Part shown: one piece after another, positions 36,528 to 49,800 of the stretch
Layout: every line of letters begins with the position of its first letter
Position numbering within the stretch: position 1 is the first letter of the stretch
From: Podarcis gaigeae
Lineage: Eukaryota
Reading direction: 5' to 3' (one strand)
DNA length: 64,000 nucleotides
NCBI GenBank assembly: GCA_964106915.2
Contig: OZ066922.1
The notes under the pieces: generated by a model
Databases searched by the model: none
The model's input: the letters and a program-made list of their open reading frames with translations, nothing else
What the model was told of the DNA's origin: nothing
Translations under genes and position numbers: made by a program

Positions 36528-39500
36528 CAGAGGCAAGGGGTGGGTGCCATCTTGTCCTTTGTCTCAAGCTGCAAAATGTCTTGGCTTTGTCCTGAATTGA
36601 ACCAAAGTCAAAGAGGTGCTTTGGAGTCTGGGACAATGGACAACATGGCACCCACCCCATGCACACACAAAAAGAAAACCTGATTTGATTGGTAGTTCAA
36701 TTTTATTGGCGATGAGTCAGTGCTCTCCATGGCATCTGAAAGTTAAGACAGATGCTGGCTCCAGGCATCTCTCACTTGAGATGGTTTTGGATGTTAATAG
36801 ATCATGCATCTTGCCAAAATGGAGCTCCCTCTTCTGATTCGTTATGTCTGCTAAAGTGGCACTCATGGATCTCACCTGCAATCTTGTTTAAAGCTTTGCA
36901 GCAAAATTGGGGATTTACAAGCATATGTCATGCTTCTTAACTGTGCATGATTGGCCCTTGGCGTGAAGTCAACTGTGATTGGCAACCACAACCGTTGTAA
37001 ATATTTGTATAATTCCACAGTCAGAACGAAATGGGAGGTGAAAAGAAAACAGGGCAACCCTCCAAAATAAATGCCAAAATATTCAAATGCTTAAATATTT
37101 GCAGCCCGCAGACATAATTTATTTGCTGTTTTGTGTGGCATTAATATGGCCCTCTGATATAAGCAAAGACTCATGAGCATTTTCCACAAATTTTTAAGTT
37201 CAGCCTCGAAAGCAGAGCTGGTTAAGTGTCTTCATGCTGCAATGTGAGCTCTTGTGCTCTGTTTGCACAGCAGCAAAATCTAAATATTGAACAACGGGAA
37301 TGTATTATTGACTGACTCCATATTAAGCAACTTAACCTGAGAGAAACCTCAAGCACCTAACAGTTGGAAAAGCTCTATTTTCTCTTCTGTTTAATCATAG
37401 CATAGTCTTTTATTCCACAGTATTAAATATGCATAGACAAGTAGGCACAACGCATATGCCACAGTGGCACGATTTACATTTCCCTTACACAATAAATCCT
37501 GCTCCTATGAGCCGCCATGGCAATGAGCCATTAGCTCCAATGGAAATAATGGCTTGTGGGATTGTGACCTGCTCCAGTGGTATCCATCAGGATTCAAAAG
37601 ACCTCCATAATGAATCCCCTAATACAAGTGCATGCTCATGTGGAGCTCCAAGGGAATGAAGAAATATTTCTAATTTCGGGAGTACATCTTACTGTGCTTT
37701 GCATAATGACTGTGAATGTATTACATCAGATAAATGAATGAGAATAGCTTTTAGTGCGGCATTCCATCAGGGGCAAATAATAAATCAACAACCTATGAAC
37801 CTGAGGTCCATTTGGAGCATGTTTAGAGCCCTCGTTAACCCACAGGGGCCAATTTGAATAGAAACAATTTTAATGAAGGAGCAGAGGAGCTTTTAATAAT
37901 TTATTACGTCATGGGAGAAATGGAAATGTACCAGGAATGATAAAGTCTGTCTGAACATGAGCAGTATCCAGTGGCTTTGATGTAATTCTCTGGTAGCCCT
38001 ATGGACTTCCTCATTACACAAAACAGAGGATTGGTTGCCACGTTCAGTGCACACTTACTTGGGAGCATGCCCACTGAACTCAACAGGTCTACAAAAGAAT
38101 TGGACTTTAAGAAACAATCTTCTTGTGATGGAGAACCATTAGCCTTCCACAGATACCCCCAAGGATAGCCTCACCCTGTTGCAGTGATGGAATGCCATGG
38201 GCCCATGTTTTCACACCCAGTTATGGCACCAAGTTCTGTCATTTTGGACTTAATGCCTTTGCAGGCTACACCACAGGCAATTCTTTACAAGTAGTAGTAC
38301 ACAAAGATTACTAGATTGCTTAGCCAGACATTAAGGCAGAGCTTAATGTGTTGTGGTAAAGGGACCAAAATCTAACGTGGCATTTTTCAGATAAAGTAAC
38401 AGTCTATCTTCATATTACCTTTGCATGTGTGTAACAGAACTCAAAGGACCTCAGATTTTGGTGTTCTGCTTTGTTTTTAAAACGAAATATAACATTAGGA
38501 TGCTAAATTTGAACTAGAGTAGCAGTGGAGGTCAAAGAATCTTTAACCATTTCCCCCACAGTGTCTGTCTACTCCAGTCATACTGCCAAGCCATTTCTGC
38601 CCGCCCCCACTACAGGGTTTCCAATCCATGACTGGACATTTACTGTACATGTAATGTGAAGTGAGCCTCTACTTTTATTGTCATGTCAGCTTATATAAGA
38701 AGAGCATACTTCTACAGATGTATGCACAGAGTAGACAGTAGAGCAATGGAATAATGATGGATGGGTAACTAGACAGTCAATGCAGGGGAGATTTATTTTT
38801 CAAGGTGTGATTAAAAGGTAAAGGAACAGATCCCAGTAACAGAAGTATGGCACTTGGTCTATTATCACTTGATAAGAGGTCCACTGATACAAATGGAGCT
38901 GGAGCTTACACACACTGAGATCCTGCAACTGGGGGCTTAAGCTCTAGTGAATCGAATATCCAATATTTTTATTCAAATCAAGGGATGGATTGTTAATTCT
39001 GTAAATGAACTCCCATCCAGCAGCCTCACGTTTATCAATCTGCATTGCTTAAGTATGGCAGATTTAAGGTCAAACACTGAATGTACAGAGAGACTGAAAT
39101 ATTTGTCTATTGGCTTTCTCTGTGCTGCCATTTTAAATGTCTGATTTATGTCAATGCATACCCTGACACCAAAAGTAATCTCTTTGCTTTGTGTGAACTG
39201 TGAAAGAGCACTGCTGGCAGATGATTAAAGGATGTGCACCCCTTGCTTGCATGGCTGATTGCTATTGGATGCAGGCTCTAGTACTGCCAGATTAGATGAA
39301 GGGGTGGCTGGCAAGGGGTTTGTTGCTAGGCAGAATTCCTAATATCAGGTTTCCCTTAGAATGGTAGATCTTGTTAATTAATAAACTGTTTCAAATTGCA
39401 GATTGACTATAAGCAAAGGTCAGATCGAACCTTCTTTCCAAGCCCTCTGTGAAAGGCTCATAATTTAGCAGGATGAACTTGCAGTGGATAATTATACAGT

Positions 39501-42500
39501 AAAACTCAGTGAAACAGTTGTAGTCTTCCCCCTTTTTTATATAAAAAAGCATTTTTATATAAGAAAAATGACCTCTGACAAATGTGTTTCAGTCAAAGAA
39601 GCTTTGGTTTGAACCTATTGCTGAAATCCCACAGTCAATTCCTAACACACCTGGAAGCTCAGTAACTATTTGAGCCTGTTTGGATATTGAGTCTTCTGTT
39701 ACTTCTACATGAAGATGAGGCATAACAGCTCCTTCTGTCAGCACAGGCTACAGAAACCAAGCCAAAATATAGCAATCTCTTCTGAGTTTAGTTCCCCTGT
39801 GGTGCTATGTTTTTACAGTAACTAGGGTTGCAGCAAGGAGATGCAAGATACAAGGACGCTTGGGAAACAGGGGAACTGTACCTGGACAGCCTATTTATCT
39901 TTTGTTCTCGCCAAACTGAAGGCCAAGACATTTTATACAAGGAGTACATTGTGAGGAATAATGATCCATCAGTTGTCTCACATCTGAGGTACAAGTGAAA
40001 TAGTTTTGAATGTCCAAACTACCCACATTTCTTTCTACAAGGAATCCAAAGCAGTGATATTGCTGCATGTCTTGAAAACACCCACAGTGCCTGGTGCAAT
40101 GCATGATGTGTCCCCTGATTTTCCTATGATGGGGATCATTATTTCATAGCCAGAGGACACTGTATAGGGTAGGTCCAGTAAGGATGCTTTGGACATGATT
40201 AATCTACCTTTACTTACAGTGCAAGCTTGCTGTCCTTACTTGGAATGGCTTGTCAGTGGGATCTATAAATGTTGAACCAATTGAAAAATCAGGCCAATGC
40301 ACATAGTAGCTATTGGAGCACCTCCTTCAACTTCTATATGACATTCACTATGCCTCAGGGCTGTCTCCTTCACTGAGATGAAGTGCTAAGTACAAGAAAA
40401 GGTCTCATGGCTTTATAAATTCACTTTCCTTCTGTAGCCAAATATTTGATTTGAAAACACTTTATGCCAATCTTAGTCCCAAGAGGACGAGATTCTTTTA
40501 ATATTTCAGGCTACACAAAAAGAGAGAGAAAATCAGTAATAAGCTTTGCACGTTTTCAAATATGAAACAATCAATTTGGGGGGGAAACTGGAAGAAACCT
40601 CTCAAATGGCTGCTTGAGGCGACATTAAGTGTTACTAATCAATAAAATTCATTTGATTGTGCAAATATGTATGAGATGGGCTTGCTATCAGAACATAGCA
40701 TGTGTCATGGGAAAGTAATCAAACCACTCTGATTAAATTCTTGTAGTCGGAAGAAGAATTTCCATATGAGGTGAGTTTTATTCATTCACACATGATTGAA
40801 ATCTATCTTACAACTTTCCAAACAATTATCCAGCTGATAATGCAAAACATGCAAGCATGAAGAAGTGGAAAGAATGAAGATTTGATTATGCTGCCTACTG
40901 CAAAGCCTTTGGAAGTTAGGGAAGGTTGTTTTTTTTTTAGAAAAAGGCATTGGTGGCAGTAATAACATTAAGTAATTGTGAAACAGGCTACAAGTAAAAA
41001 TGGGGAGTCAAAATGGGGGGAAAGAAGCTTGAGGAACTGTAATCTTTGTGGCCTTTCTCCTCGCACAACTGCCACCAAAGGGGGATTTTCCTACTCTTTT
41101 GCCTGGTGGATATACAATGCAAGGGCTAATTATCATGATTGTGAGCTTTCCATGAACATCTGTTTGGCCTATGAATACTGGAATCAATGGGTTTTTCACT
41201 ATTTTAACAATTATGAAGTAATTCATAGGATGTGATCCTTTACTGTGTATTAAAGGGTGCCCAAGGCACCCTTATTTCTTATTTCTCACCCATTCTGCAC
41301 TCAGCACAGGACATAGATATATATGCAGAAGTGCATAGTATGCTTGGGCATTTTAGAAAAGAATTTAGAAATAAGATATGTACAACTTCATATCCCCATC
41401 TAACCCTCATTGTCTGTAGAGTCAAGGTATATGATCCCTAGAGATCATGTAATTTGACTGAGCATTGGATGGAGATATGGGAAAGGAGCACAAACTTTCC
41501 ATTTCTTTATGAAAGCCTGGCATAGTGCCTAAATACAGCCACACGGCTCTACTAAGATGGAGAATGAACGAAGCGATCTGCATTGAGCTCTATGGAGATT
41601 CCTCTGAGTGTGGGTACTGCATAGTGGAAAGCATTGCACCCTTCTTTGGTAACATTTTTGTTCTCTGAAAAGATGGGTAATTGGAGTGCATTGAAACAGC
41701 ATATGGCATATTGACTGATTTTTCCAAAGGAACAGCACAACTTTTGCAGACATTTCAAAACGGTTTCATTTCAGTGTGTCCTCTCAAAGTGGGCAGAATG
41801 TGCTATGATTAAAGACAGACACTATATAGATAAGTGTGTTATCTATATAGGGCATTTTTGTACCTCTCTAGTATAACTATGCTGATTTCCACCTTTCCCC
41901 CCCTCTGCAATATCCCCACATTGTGTGTGTGTGTGCATAGGAGTGTGTGCCTATACACAGTGCACTTCATTTAATTTGTTCACATTTGAAGGAGACAGCC
42001 ACTTTCAATTAGGAAAACCAGAACTGCTGTAGGTAAATGACTGGCAATTACATTGAGCATTGAGCTGTCACCTTTTTCATGTTGTAGCTGTAACTGTCAC
42101 TGATTTGTTCTGTCACTGGGGGCTAACTAAAGGGACAGGAGGAGAGCCTATAGTCCCTCTGCTGTTCTCAGATAATCCCACTCAGTTTACTATTGGTAAT
42201 ACACCTGATACATCCATGGAAGTTTCATGGAGCACATGCAGCACAGAACAAATTTCAAAAGATTTGCCCTAAAGAACTTGAAATCTATGATTAATGGGGG
42301 CTTTTCTATAAATTCCTAAGGGAGTTAGGGATAAAGGGTATAAACAAATATTTAATGAGGGAAGGTTACAAAAATGGTTTTTTTAAATAAAAAAATAGAG
42401 TGTGGACTCTGATGCATCTTGGGATCATATGCAATGAAGAGCAGGCTTTCAAGTCTATATTCCTAGCTCTGGATGAAGAACTGTGCATGCATGCAGGAGC

Positions 42501-42994
42501 TAGATGCCTTATCTCTGCTATCCCAGATTCCAGTTGTAATGTTCATCCTGACTGACTTGCATTTGTAAGTCGTGTTCTCAGATAAAGTAAAAGTATCTCA
42601 TTGTCTTTTAACTCAATTCTTCCTTATTATTTGCTTGTCTTCACAATAAGGTATGAACCAAGTAGTCAATAAAAAAAATCCAAAAACAGTTAAGAAGCTT
42701 TATACAGAATATTGGATTTCAATATAAATAGTTTCATCTTGCCTAGCATTCTTATTCAGGCTTGCAGAATACTTCTTCAGTTTCCTGCTGTCTCTGTTTT
42801 AGAATTCAAGGTTGAGAAATGCCACACTGGGCTATTTGTGATAACTACTCATTCGGTTTGATACAGATTCCCCTTCTGCTTCCTGCTCTTGTGTCAGTTA
42901 ACCTTCTTCAGAGGGTGGAGCAAGGTATTCAGGGATGAATTTGAATTCCAGCCTGCGGTTTATCCTACCCACACTACTACATACTTCTGACTTA

Positions 42995-43035
<41 letters not shown>

Positions 43036-43379
43036 TATAAGCATAAAATTAAGAATCTGGAAGTGAGCAATGGAAGTGGTTGAGATTACTAAGGAGATAG
43101 GGAAACAGCATTTGGGAGCAACAACTGATGATGGCAGTAGTGGCAGCAGTGGCTCTCAGCAAGCAGCTCTGAAATAACTTTGTAGGCTATTTTAGAGGCT
43201 TAGAATGGCTTAGAATGGACAGTCCAACTCACAGTAAGGAAATATAGAGAGGGAAGAGGGAGGCAACTCAATTAAGCCATGATAGAATTAAAAGAGACAA
43301 GGAACATTTAGTGGAAGAAAGCTGGATTAGTTAAAGTATAGTAGAAAACAACCCAGATACATAGAAATGAAAAAGGAAC

Positions 43380-44068
43380 CGTTAAGACCCAGTCTAGGAG
43401 TTTTCTGAAATGAGAGTCTGGTGCAGCTTTATAAATTTATTGCAGGGATTGCCGTTGACAGCACATGCAGACATATCTCAGAAGCAGGTTCAGCCATGCT
43501 TAGATTGAAAACAGGGTTACCACTTTGCACCCTGTACAGCAGATACACCTTTCAGATCTCCCAGTATAGCAATGGTAGCTACACTTTAACACAGCCTCCA
43601 CTATCATCAATAAAGATGACTCTTCTGAAGACTTCTTCCAGTTACGAAAGATATTGAACTTTCTCACTTTGCACCTCTTGCTTTGTTTCCTGTCTAACAG
43701 CCCTCCCCTTAGCCTACACTTAGGAGGGATTGGCTCAGCTCCAATCTCTTCCCATTCTGACAAACTGCTTCCTTCTCTGTTCGCGCCAATTGGCACTTCC
43801 TGAGAGTGTTGGCTGGGTTCCGGCCAGCTCTCCGCCATTCCCTTATCAAACGGCATTCCAAGGGGTGGGCGAGTGGCACTAGCTGATGCTTATCCTGCCT
43901 GCAGTTAACCCTCTCTGTTCCTGGCTGCTTTCTTCAGTTGGCTGCAAGCCTTCACGGGGAGCTGGCTCATTCATAACGCTCTGTCCACTCATTCCCTCTC
44001 CAGGCTTGTCATCTGCATGCCTTCCTTCCTTCAGTTCCTGTGGCAAGTGGGGATTCAGGTGTGCCACA
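43380..44068 (-). mobile_element. Probable solo-LTR-like element
   Basis: GC-richer block; minus strand starts TGTGGCA, has a purine-rich U3-like region and AATAAA near 43437-43442; no TSD found, ends uncertain. Confidence 0.4.
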
Positions 44069-45837
44069 TGGTAGGGGAGATGGTGAAGGCAAATTACAGG
44101 GCTTCGGGAAATGGGTAGGCGGATTTAATGCGACGCACATCTGATGCCTTCACAGCAAGTTGGTAGATTCTTTAATTTAAAAGGAACTTACAAATACTCC
44201 CATTGACATAACTAGAAGCACTTAGATGTTGCAGTAGGGATGGGGGAAGCTGTCTCTGGTTCATGCCCCTTGCATTTGTTCACCACCCATAAACCTATTC
44301 CGTTCTAATTCTGCATTAGTCTGCATTTCGAACAACCACCCGAACATGTGCATTAAATTACACATTTAAATATATATATTTGGACACATTTTGTCTTCTG
44401 ACTGTGCAACCCTACACATATCAACTCAGAAATAAACCCCACCAAGTTTAATGGAGCCTGCTTCCTCACAAGTGTGTCTAGGGTCACACGCACACCATAC
44501 ATTTGAAGCATTCTTATTCCACTTAAAAGAGCCCATTTCAGATGCTTCCTTTTTTCTTTGGAAAGATTGCCACAGCTCCTGATGTGCTAGAATAACAGCA
44601 GGGATAGGCAGGCAGATGGAGACACACACTTCGGTACTATTACCATACCGTTATGTTTTGTGCTCTAATCCTGCAAATCAATTTTGTCGGCTGGCGCTTG
44701 AAAATGTGGCAAGTTTGTGCTATAAAGATGTTCCAGGAGGAAAAGAATGAGAACAGCATTGCAACGGCAAACAAATCAATTGGACTGTATTAAAGCTAAA
44801 CAGACGGTGCCAAAGATGAATGTTGAGACAGGAACATGAACAAAGATTACCATGGGGTCTAGACATATACAATGATTAATTGTCACCCGCATCCTCGGAA
44901 GAAAAAGCACAAAACAAAACAGCTTTTCCTTCCTGGGCTGGACAATCAAAAGAGAAAGGAAATCACATTATCCCCCTCCAAGGATGAAGGAAATAGAAAA
45001 ATGGATATTAAACGTCCCTGGCTCATACAGTGCTAGAGATCTGTCATTCAGCTAACAGTTCCCATTTTTAAGAGCTGTATACGAAACAATGCTATCACTT
45101 TGACCCAGTGCCCAGTCACAGTTGCAGGAGTCCTATCAGCACTCAGCGCTCTACTTTTCCTATACATTGTGCCATCACAATGCATCACTTAGCCAGCCAA
45201 AAAGAGTCCCTAATAGGGCTCTAATTGTGGTGCAGTTCTCTCTGTGTCCCCCTCCAGGATGCAATCAAGGAGTGTTTATATAGCTTCTAGCCATTAACAC
45301 ATGGTAGTGAACCAGTTGCTCAGAGAGTAATTGATGAATTTCAAGACTCTGAGACAAATTTCACCTTCGTACAGTGGGTGCTTGTAGCAAATTTGCTTGT
45401 AGCACCACATGATAAAAGAGCCTATTAGTATAAAAAATTTATTTGGCAGATATAGCTATGAGGACTAGGTCATGGGAGTATTAGAATGTCAGCTGGGAGC
45501 AATGCATCAGATTTATTTAGGATTATTTGTTAGTTACCAGGTCCACAGAATAAGAAAAATAGATGTCTATTTAATCTTTTATGCCTTCCTAAAGTTGCTT
45601 TGGCACCTGGTGAGTCATTTTATGAGCTCTCACAACCCTGGTTTTGTCAGAGACAACATATTTCTCCTAAGCCATCAGATGCTTCCACTCCTTGCTGTAC
45701 AGCACATGGAATCTTTTGCATAGATAATGCACATCAATTTGCTGAGCTTCCTGCCAAGAGGGCACAGCATTTAAAATAATGGAAACCCATTATTGAAGTC
45801 ATTGTTAGTAGAAAACACTGAGCAGCTCTTAGGAGGC

Positions 45838-46559
45838 ACTCAGGTCCCTGGAGGATTATGCCATCTACTGTTTATCATCCAGCTTGCCTTTAAACACCAA
45901 CCCTAGTTTCTTCAGCAGTTTGGCAGCTAGAAGGTTCATTCTCCATATAGGTTTCAAAAGAATTCAGGCTATAATGTTTGCCCAACATTTGTCAATATTC
46001 CAGAGAGGTGTGTCCATCAGTGCAGAGTAGATGGCCTTCTAGTTCTTGGATGCCAACTTTCTTCAAACCCAACCAACTTAGTCCCAAAGCACTTTAAAGA
46101 CTGTCTGACCCCTTATGCTCCACCCCAATCACTGAGATCCTTCTGGTGGTTCCTAAGCCCCCTGAAGTTTAGCTAAACTATAATGACATTTAACAGGGAC
46201 TCAGGTCCCTGGAGGATTATGCCATCTACTGTTTATCATCCAGCTTGCCTTTAAACACCAACCCTAGTTTCTTCAGCAGTTTGGCAGCTAGAAGGTTCAT
46301 TCTCCATATAGGTTTCAAAAGAATTCAGGCTATAATGTTTGCCCAACATTTGTCAATATTCCAGAGAGGTGTGTCCATCAGTGCAGAGTAGATGGCCTTC
46401 TAGTTCTTGGATGCCAACTTTCTTCAAACCCAACCAACTTAGTCCCAAAGCACTTTAAAGACTGTCTGACCCCTTATGCTCCACCCCAATCACTGAGATC
46501 CTTCTGGTGGTTCCTAAGCCCCCTGAAGTTTAGCTAAACTATAATGACATTTAACAGGG
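45838..46559. repeat. Direct tandem duplication, 2 x 361 bp
   Basis: 45838-46198 is repeated at 46199-46559 with no mismatch seen by eye; ACT microhomology at 45838, 46199 and 46560. Confidence 0.97.
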
Positions 46560-46890
46560 ACTGTGTGTTTAGTGTGGCAGGTGCTGCCCATTGGAACTCC
46601 CTACCAGCAGTGGTTTGGTAGGAACTATCCTTGTCATCAGAGGCAGATTTAGGGAAGTGTGACTGGTTTGGTTGCACTAGGCACTGAGCCTCAGGGGTGT
46701 CACAATGATGCTTTAGAATAGAACGAGAAAGGTGGTGGAGTGCCAAATTTGTCATTGCACAGGGTGTTTATCAAATGTGAGATCCCGAGGTCTGCCACTG
46801 CTGTCTAAACAACTTCTGAAAAGTGTATTGTTTAGACAGGCCTTTGCAATATTTTGTCCTTTTTAAAAAAAACAGTATTTATTGATGTTT
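46430..46890 (+). mobile_element. Decayed L2 3' fragment (5' part duplicated at about 46070-46198), apparently interrupted near 46635-46787
   Basis: aaagactgtctgaccccttat (KDxLxPY), ctgagatcc, tttagtgtggcaggtgctgcccattggaactcccta (FSVAxxxxWNSL), ctgaaaagtgtattgttttagacaggccttt (LKxxLFRQAF-like). Confidence 0.6.
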
Positions 46891-49800
46891 TACTGATTCC
46901 CAACCAGATCCTCTTCCCCATGTAGAAAACTGTGGCATATTGCCATTTACAGCAAAAGAGTTGCCTTGTCCTCAGAGTTGTTATTGTTCACTTTGAGGCT
47001 ATTGTGCTCTCCCTGTTTGTGCAGCTTAAAATATGTCCTGAAATGACATAATCATTGAAAAATATTGCTGTCTAGATTAGGTAGGAAAAATATGGATGAT
47101 GGAAGGAAGCACCTCAAAGGACAGGTTAGTTGTCTGGTTCTTAGTCTTAAGTAAATATACAGACTTCCTTCTGGAAATGTATTGCAAGTGTCTAGAGAGC
47201 AGTAATTAAACTGTTGATAATCATTTGTTTTCCAAGTGAATGGATGAGAATGAAACAGGACACTTTACATTTGAGAAGCCTACCTTTCAGATATTCTTCT
47301 TTATTTCTGCAGTTCAGACCATTTTTTATTTATTTTTTTTGTATCCCACTTAATGAAATTTTTTATTTAAAGATACCCAACAATGTGCATGTCAAAATGT
47401 TACTTATACAACACACACACACACACACACACACACGTCATTAATCAGTATTGGCGAGGAAGATAATATATTGTCCCTGCAGAAGGAAGCATGATTTAAT
47501 GGATGGATTGTGGTGAAAATAGTGAGCATTGTAGTTTCTCATTGCCTAATGCTAATGGATGTAAACCGCAAGTCACTTGTACCGAATTGTTAGGGGTAAT
47601 TATTACCTGCTGAAAATAGCTTCATATGGAATAAATACAAATGAAGGACAGCCTTTACTAAGACCAATATTCTGTTACTGAAAATGAAACAAATATGTAG
47701 TGTTTTAAATTAAAGTTCTCACCCATCTTCAAAATGCCTGGCAGCACTGCATGAGTTGGGGCAAGCAAATAAGTTATTGCCATTTCTAATGGGGTAGATG
47801 TGGTTTTCAACTGCTGTCTTCTTTCTTTGTGTGTCATCAGCCTACAAGGCTATGTTTATGTTTATGACAAGCCTTCTCCAACCTGGTCATCCTTAGTTGT
47901 TTTGAACCACAACTCCCATCAGCCCCAACCATCAGCTAGGCTGGTGGGATTCATAGCCCAACATCTGGAGGGCAGCAAGTTGGAAATAGTCAGTTCATAC
48001 GGTGATAATTTGTGCATTGCAATCTGCAAACAAGAGCAGAAGATAGGAACTGCAGTGATCCCACCCACCCACCCCACCACCACAACTTGTTTTGGACCTC
48101 CAGGTTTCTTTCACTGTCTCTTGGTAGTTTTTACACTATGGCAGTATTTACTTATTTATTTCATATATATACCACCTTTCTTCCTTAATGGGCCTCAATA
48201 TTCCATAGTATTTAATAACAATCATGAATGTTCTTGCTGGGCCCTATGTTCTGGATCTGACTTTCTTGTCCACATTTATTTTGTTTAGAATGGGAAACTG
48301 AAAGAATCTGAAATCAATAGACCTGCCCATTCCTATTTCTTGCATAACAAAAATGTATTGAAGTAATCTAAATGAAAGCATGATGAACCATGCAAAAAGA
48401 ATGTATGGTTTGTAGCACGCATGCAAAAAGCACAACTTTGACCTTCAACAGATAGTCAAATCTGCTGCCCAACATCTGATCTATAGAGATAGCTCCATAG
48501 TACTCCAAACAGCTCTTAGTTTTCAAAGCTCAGTAGCATTCCTTTGTCAAGCCCATAAGTCTGGTCAGTGATTGTTTTAATCCACTGCTCTTCAACCTTG
48601 GGTCCCTGGATGTTGCTGGGCTACAACTCCCATTTTCCATGGCCATTGGTTAGACTGGTTGGGAATGATGAGAGTTCTAGACCAACAATGCCAAGGTTGA
48701 AAAATGTTGCCTTAATCCACAGTGATAGTTCTATTCACGGAAAGCTGATAGGCAGCTCTTAAAATAGGAAGACATAAAATTTCTGAAATACTATCACTCA
48801 GAGTTATCCAAAATTTTGGCATGAATCTAAGCAAGTTAATGTTTGTTATGCATAAGTGATTACTCAATGCATGCTTCAATCATTTAATGGTTAAATCTAC
48901 ACTTGACAAGACAGAAATAATCTGAAAAGAAATATACATGGAAAATGCCAGAATTGCTATTCATACAATCAAGAAAATGAAAGAATGCATATTGTTCATC
49001 AATGGCAACCATTCTTCCTAGTGCTATTCTTTCAGATAGTCAGCATTTACAGGAGATTAGCCTTGACACTATGGAACTTAAACACTACCTGTGCCTATTT
49101 AAGCAGATTTCTTTTCTCTAGTTTAATAGAACACAAAATCTTGCATTCAATGTAAGTGTTGTTTTGTTAGGAAGACCAAAATCACACAACCTCATGTGAA
49201 AATTGCATAAAGAAAGCAAGTGAATCAATTTTCTTTTTTAACTAACAAGTTACCTTTGTAAAGATACGCTCGTGTGCACACGATCTATCCTAAGAATGGC
49301 ACAATCTATTTTCCATACCAAGCAGCAAATAAGTTCACCCCTTTTTTGCAGTCTCCCACTCACTCTGGCATGTAAGGAATGCATGAAATAGGAAGTGCAG
49401 GAAAGAATGTGGAAATGGGTAAACAAGGAAAAGCAAGGTCCTAGTATAGGCATGATGAGAAAGAATGGTAGAGTCACATCAAACATTCGGACTGGAGTCC
49501 GAAACTCACTTACAAGGACATGGCTAGTCCCAAAGTGAAGGACAGTATATAGAAGAAAGGGATGCTCTGCAGAGGAGCTGAGATGCCCGATATTGCCTTT
49601 GGTGGCTCTTCCTTCCAAACCCTGGGTAAATTTAGTGGGTCTGGTGGTGGAAGCAACACCCTTAAAATAAATAATGCAGATTGAATAGCACAACTATAAC
49701 AGTCCGTGCCTGCTGATTCAGAACCAGGCAAAACAACAAACACAGGGTGCTATAACTGTGGTGAGAAGTCAAGAGAAAGGGTCAGGAAGGGAAAGGATGA

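Noticed and set aside
45838-46559. CRISPR-like array or paired LTRs
   Set aside because: Only two adjacent units with no spacer or internal region and no TG...CA ends; a simple tandem duplication
47800-48288. Longest ORF (162 aa)
   Set aside because: Runs through a MITE and low-complexity sequence, starts at a non-ATG codon and shows no homology cues
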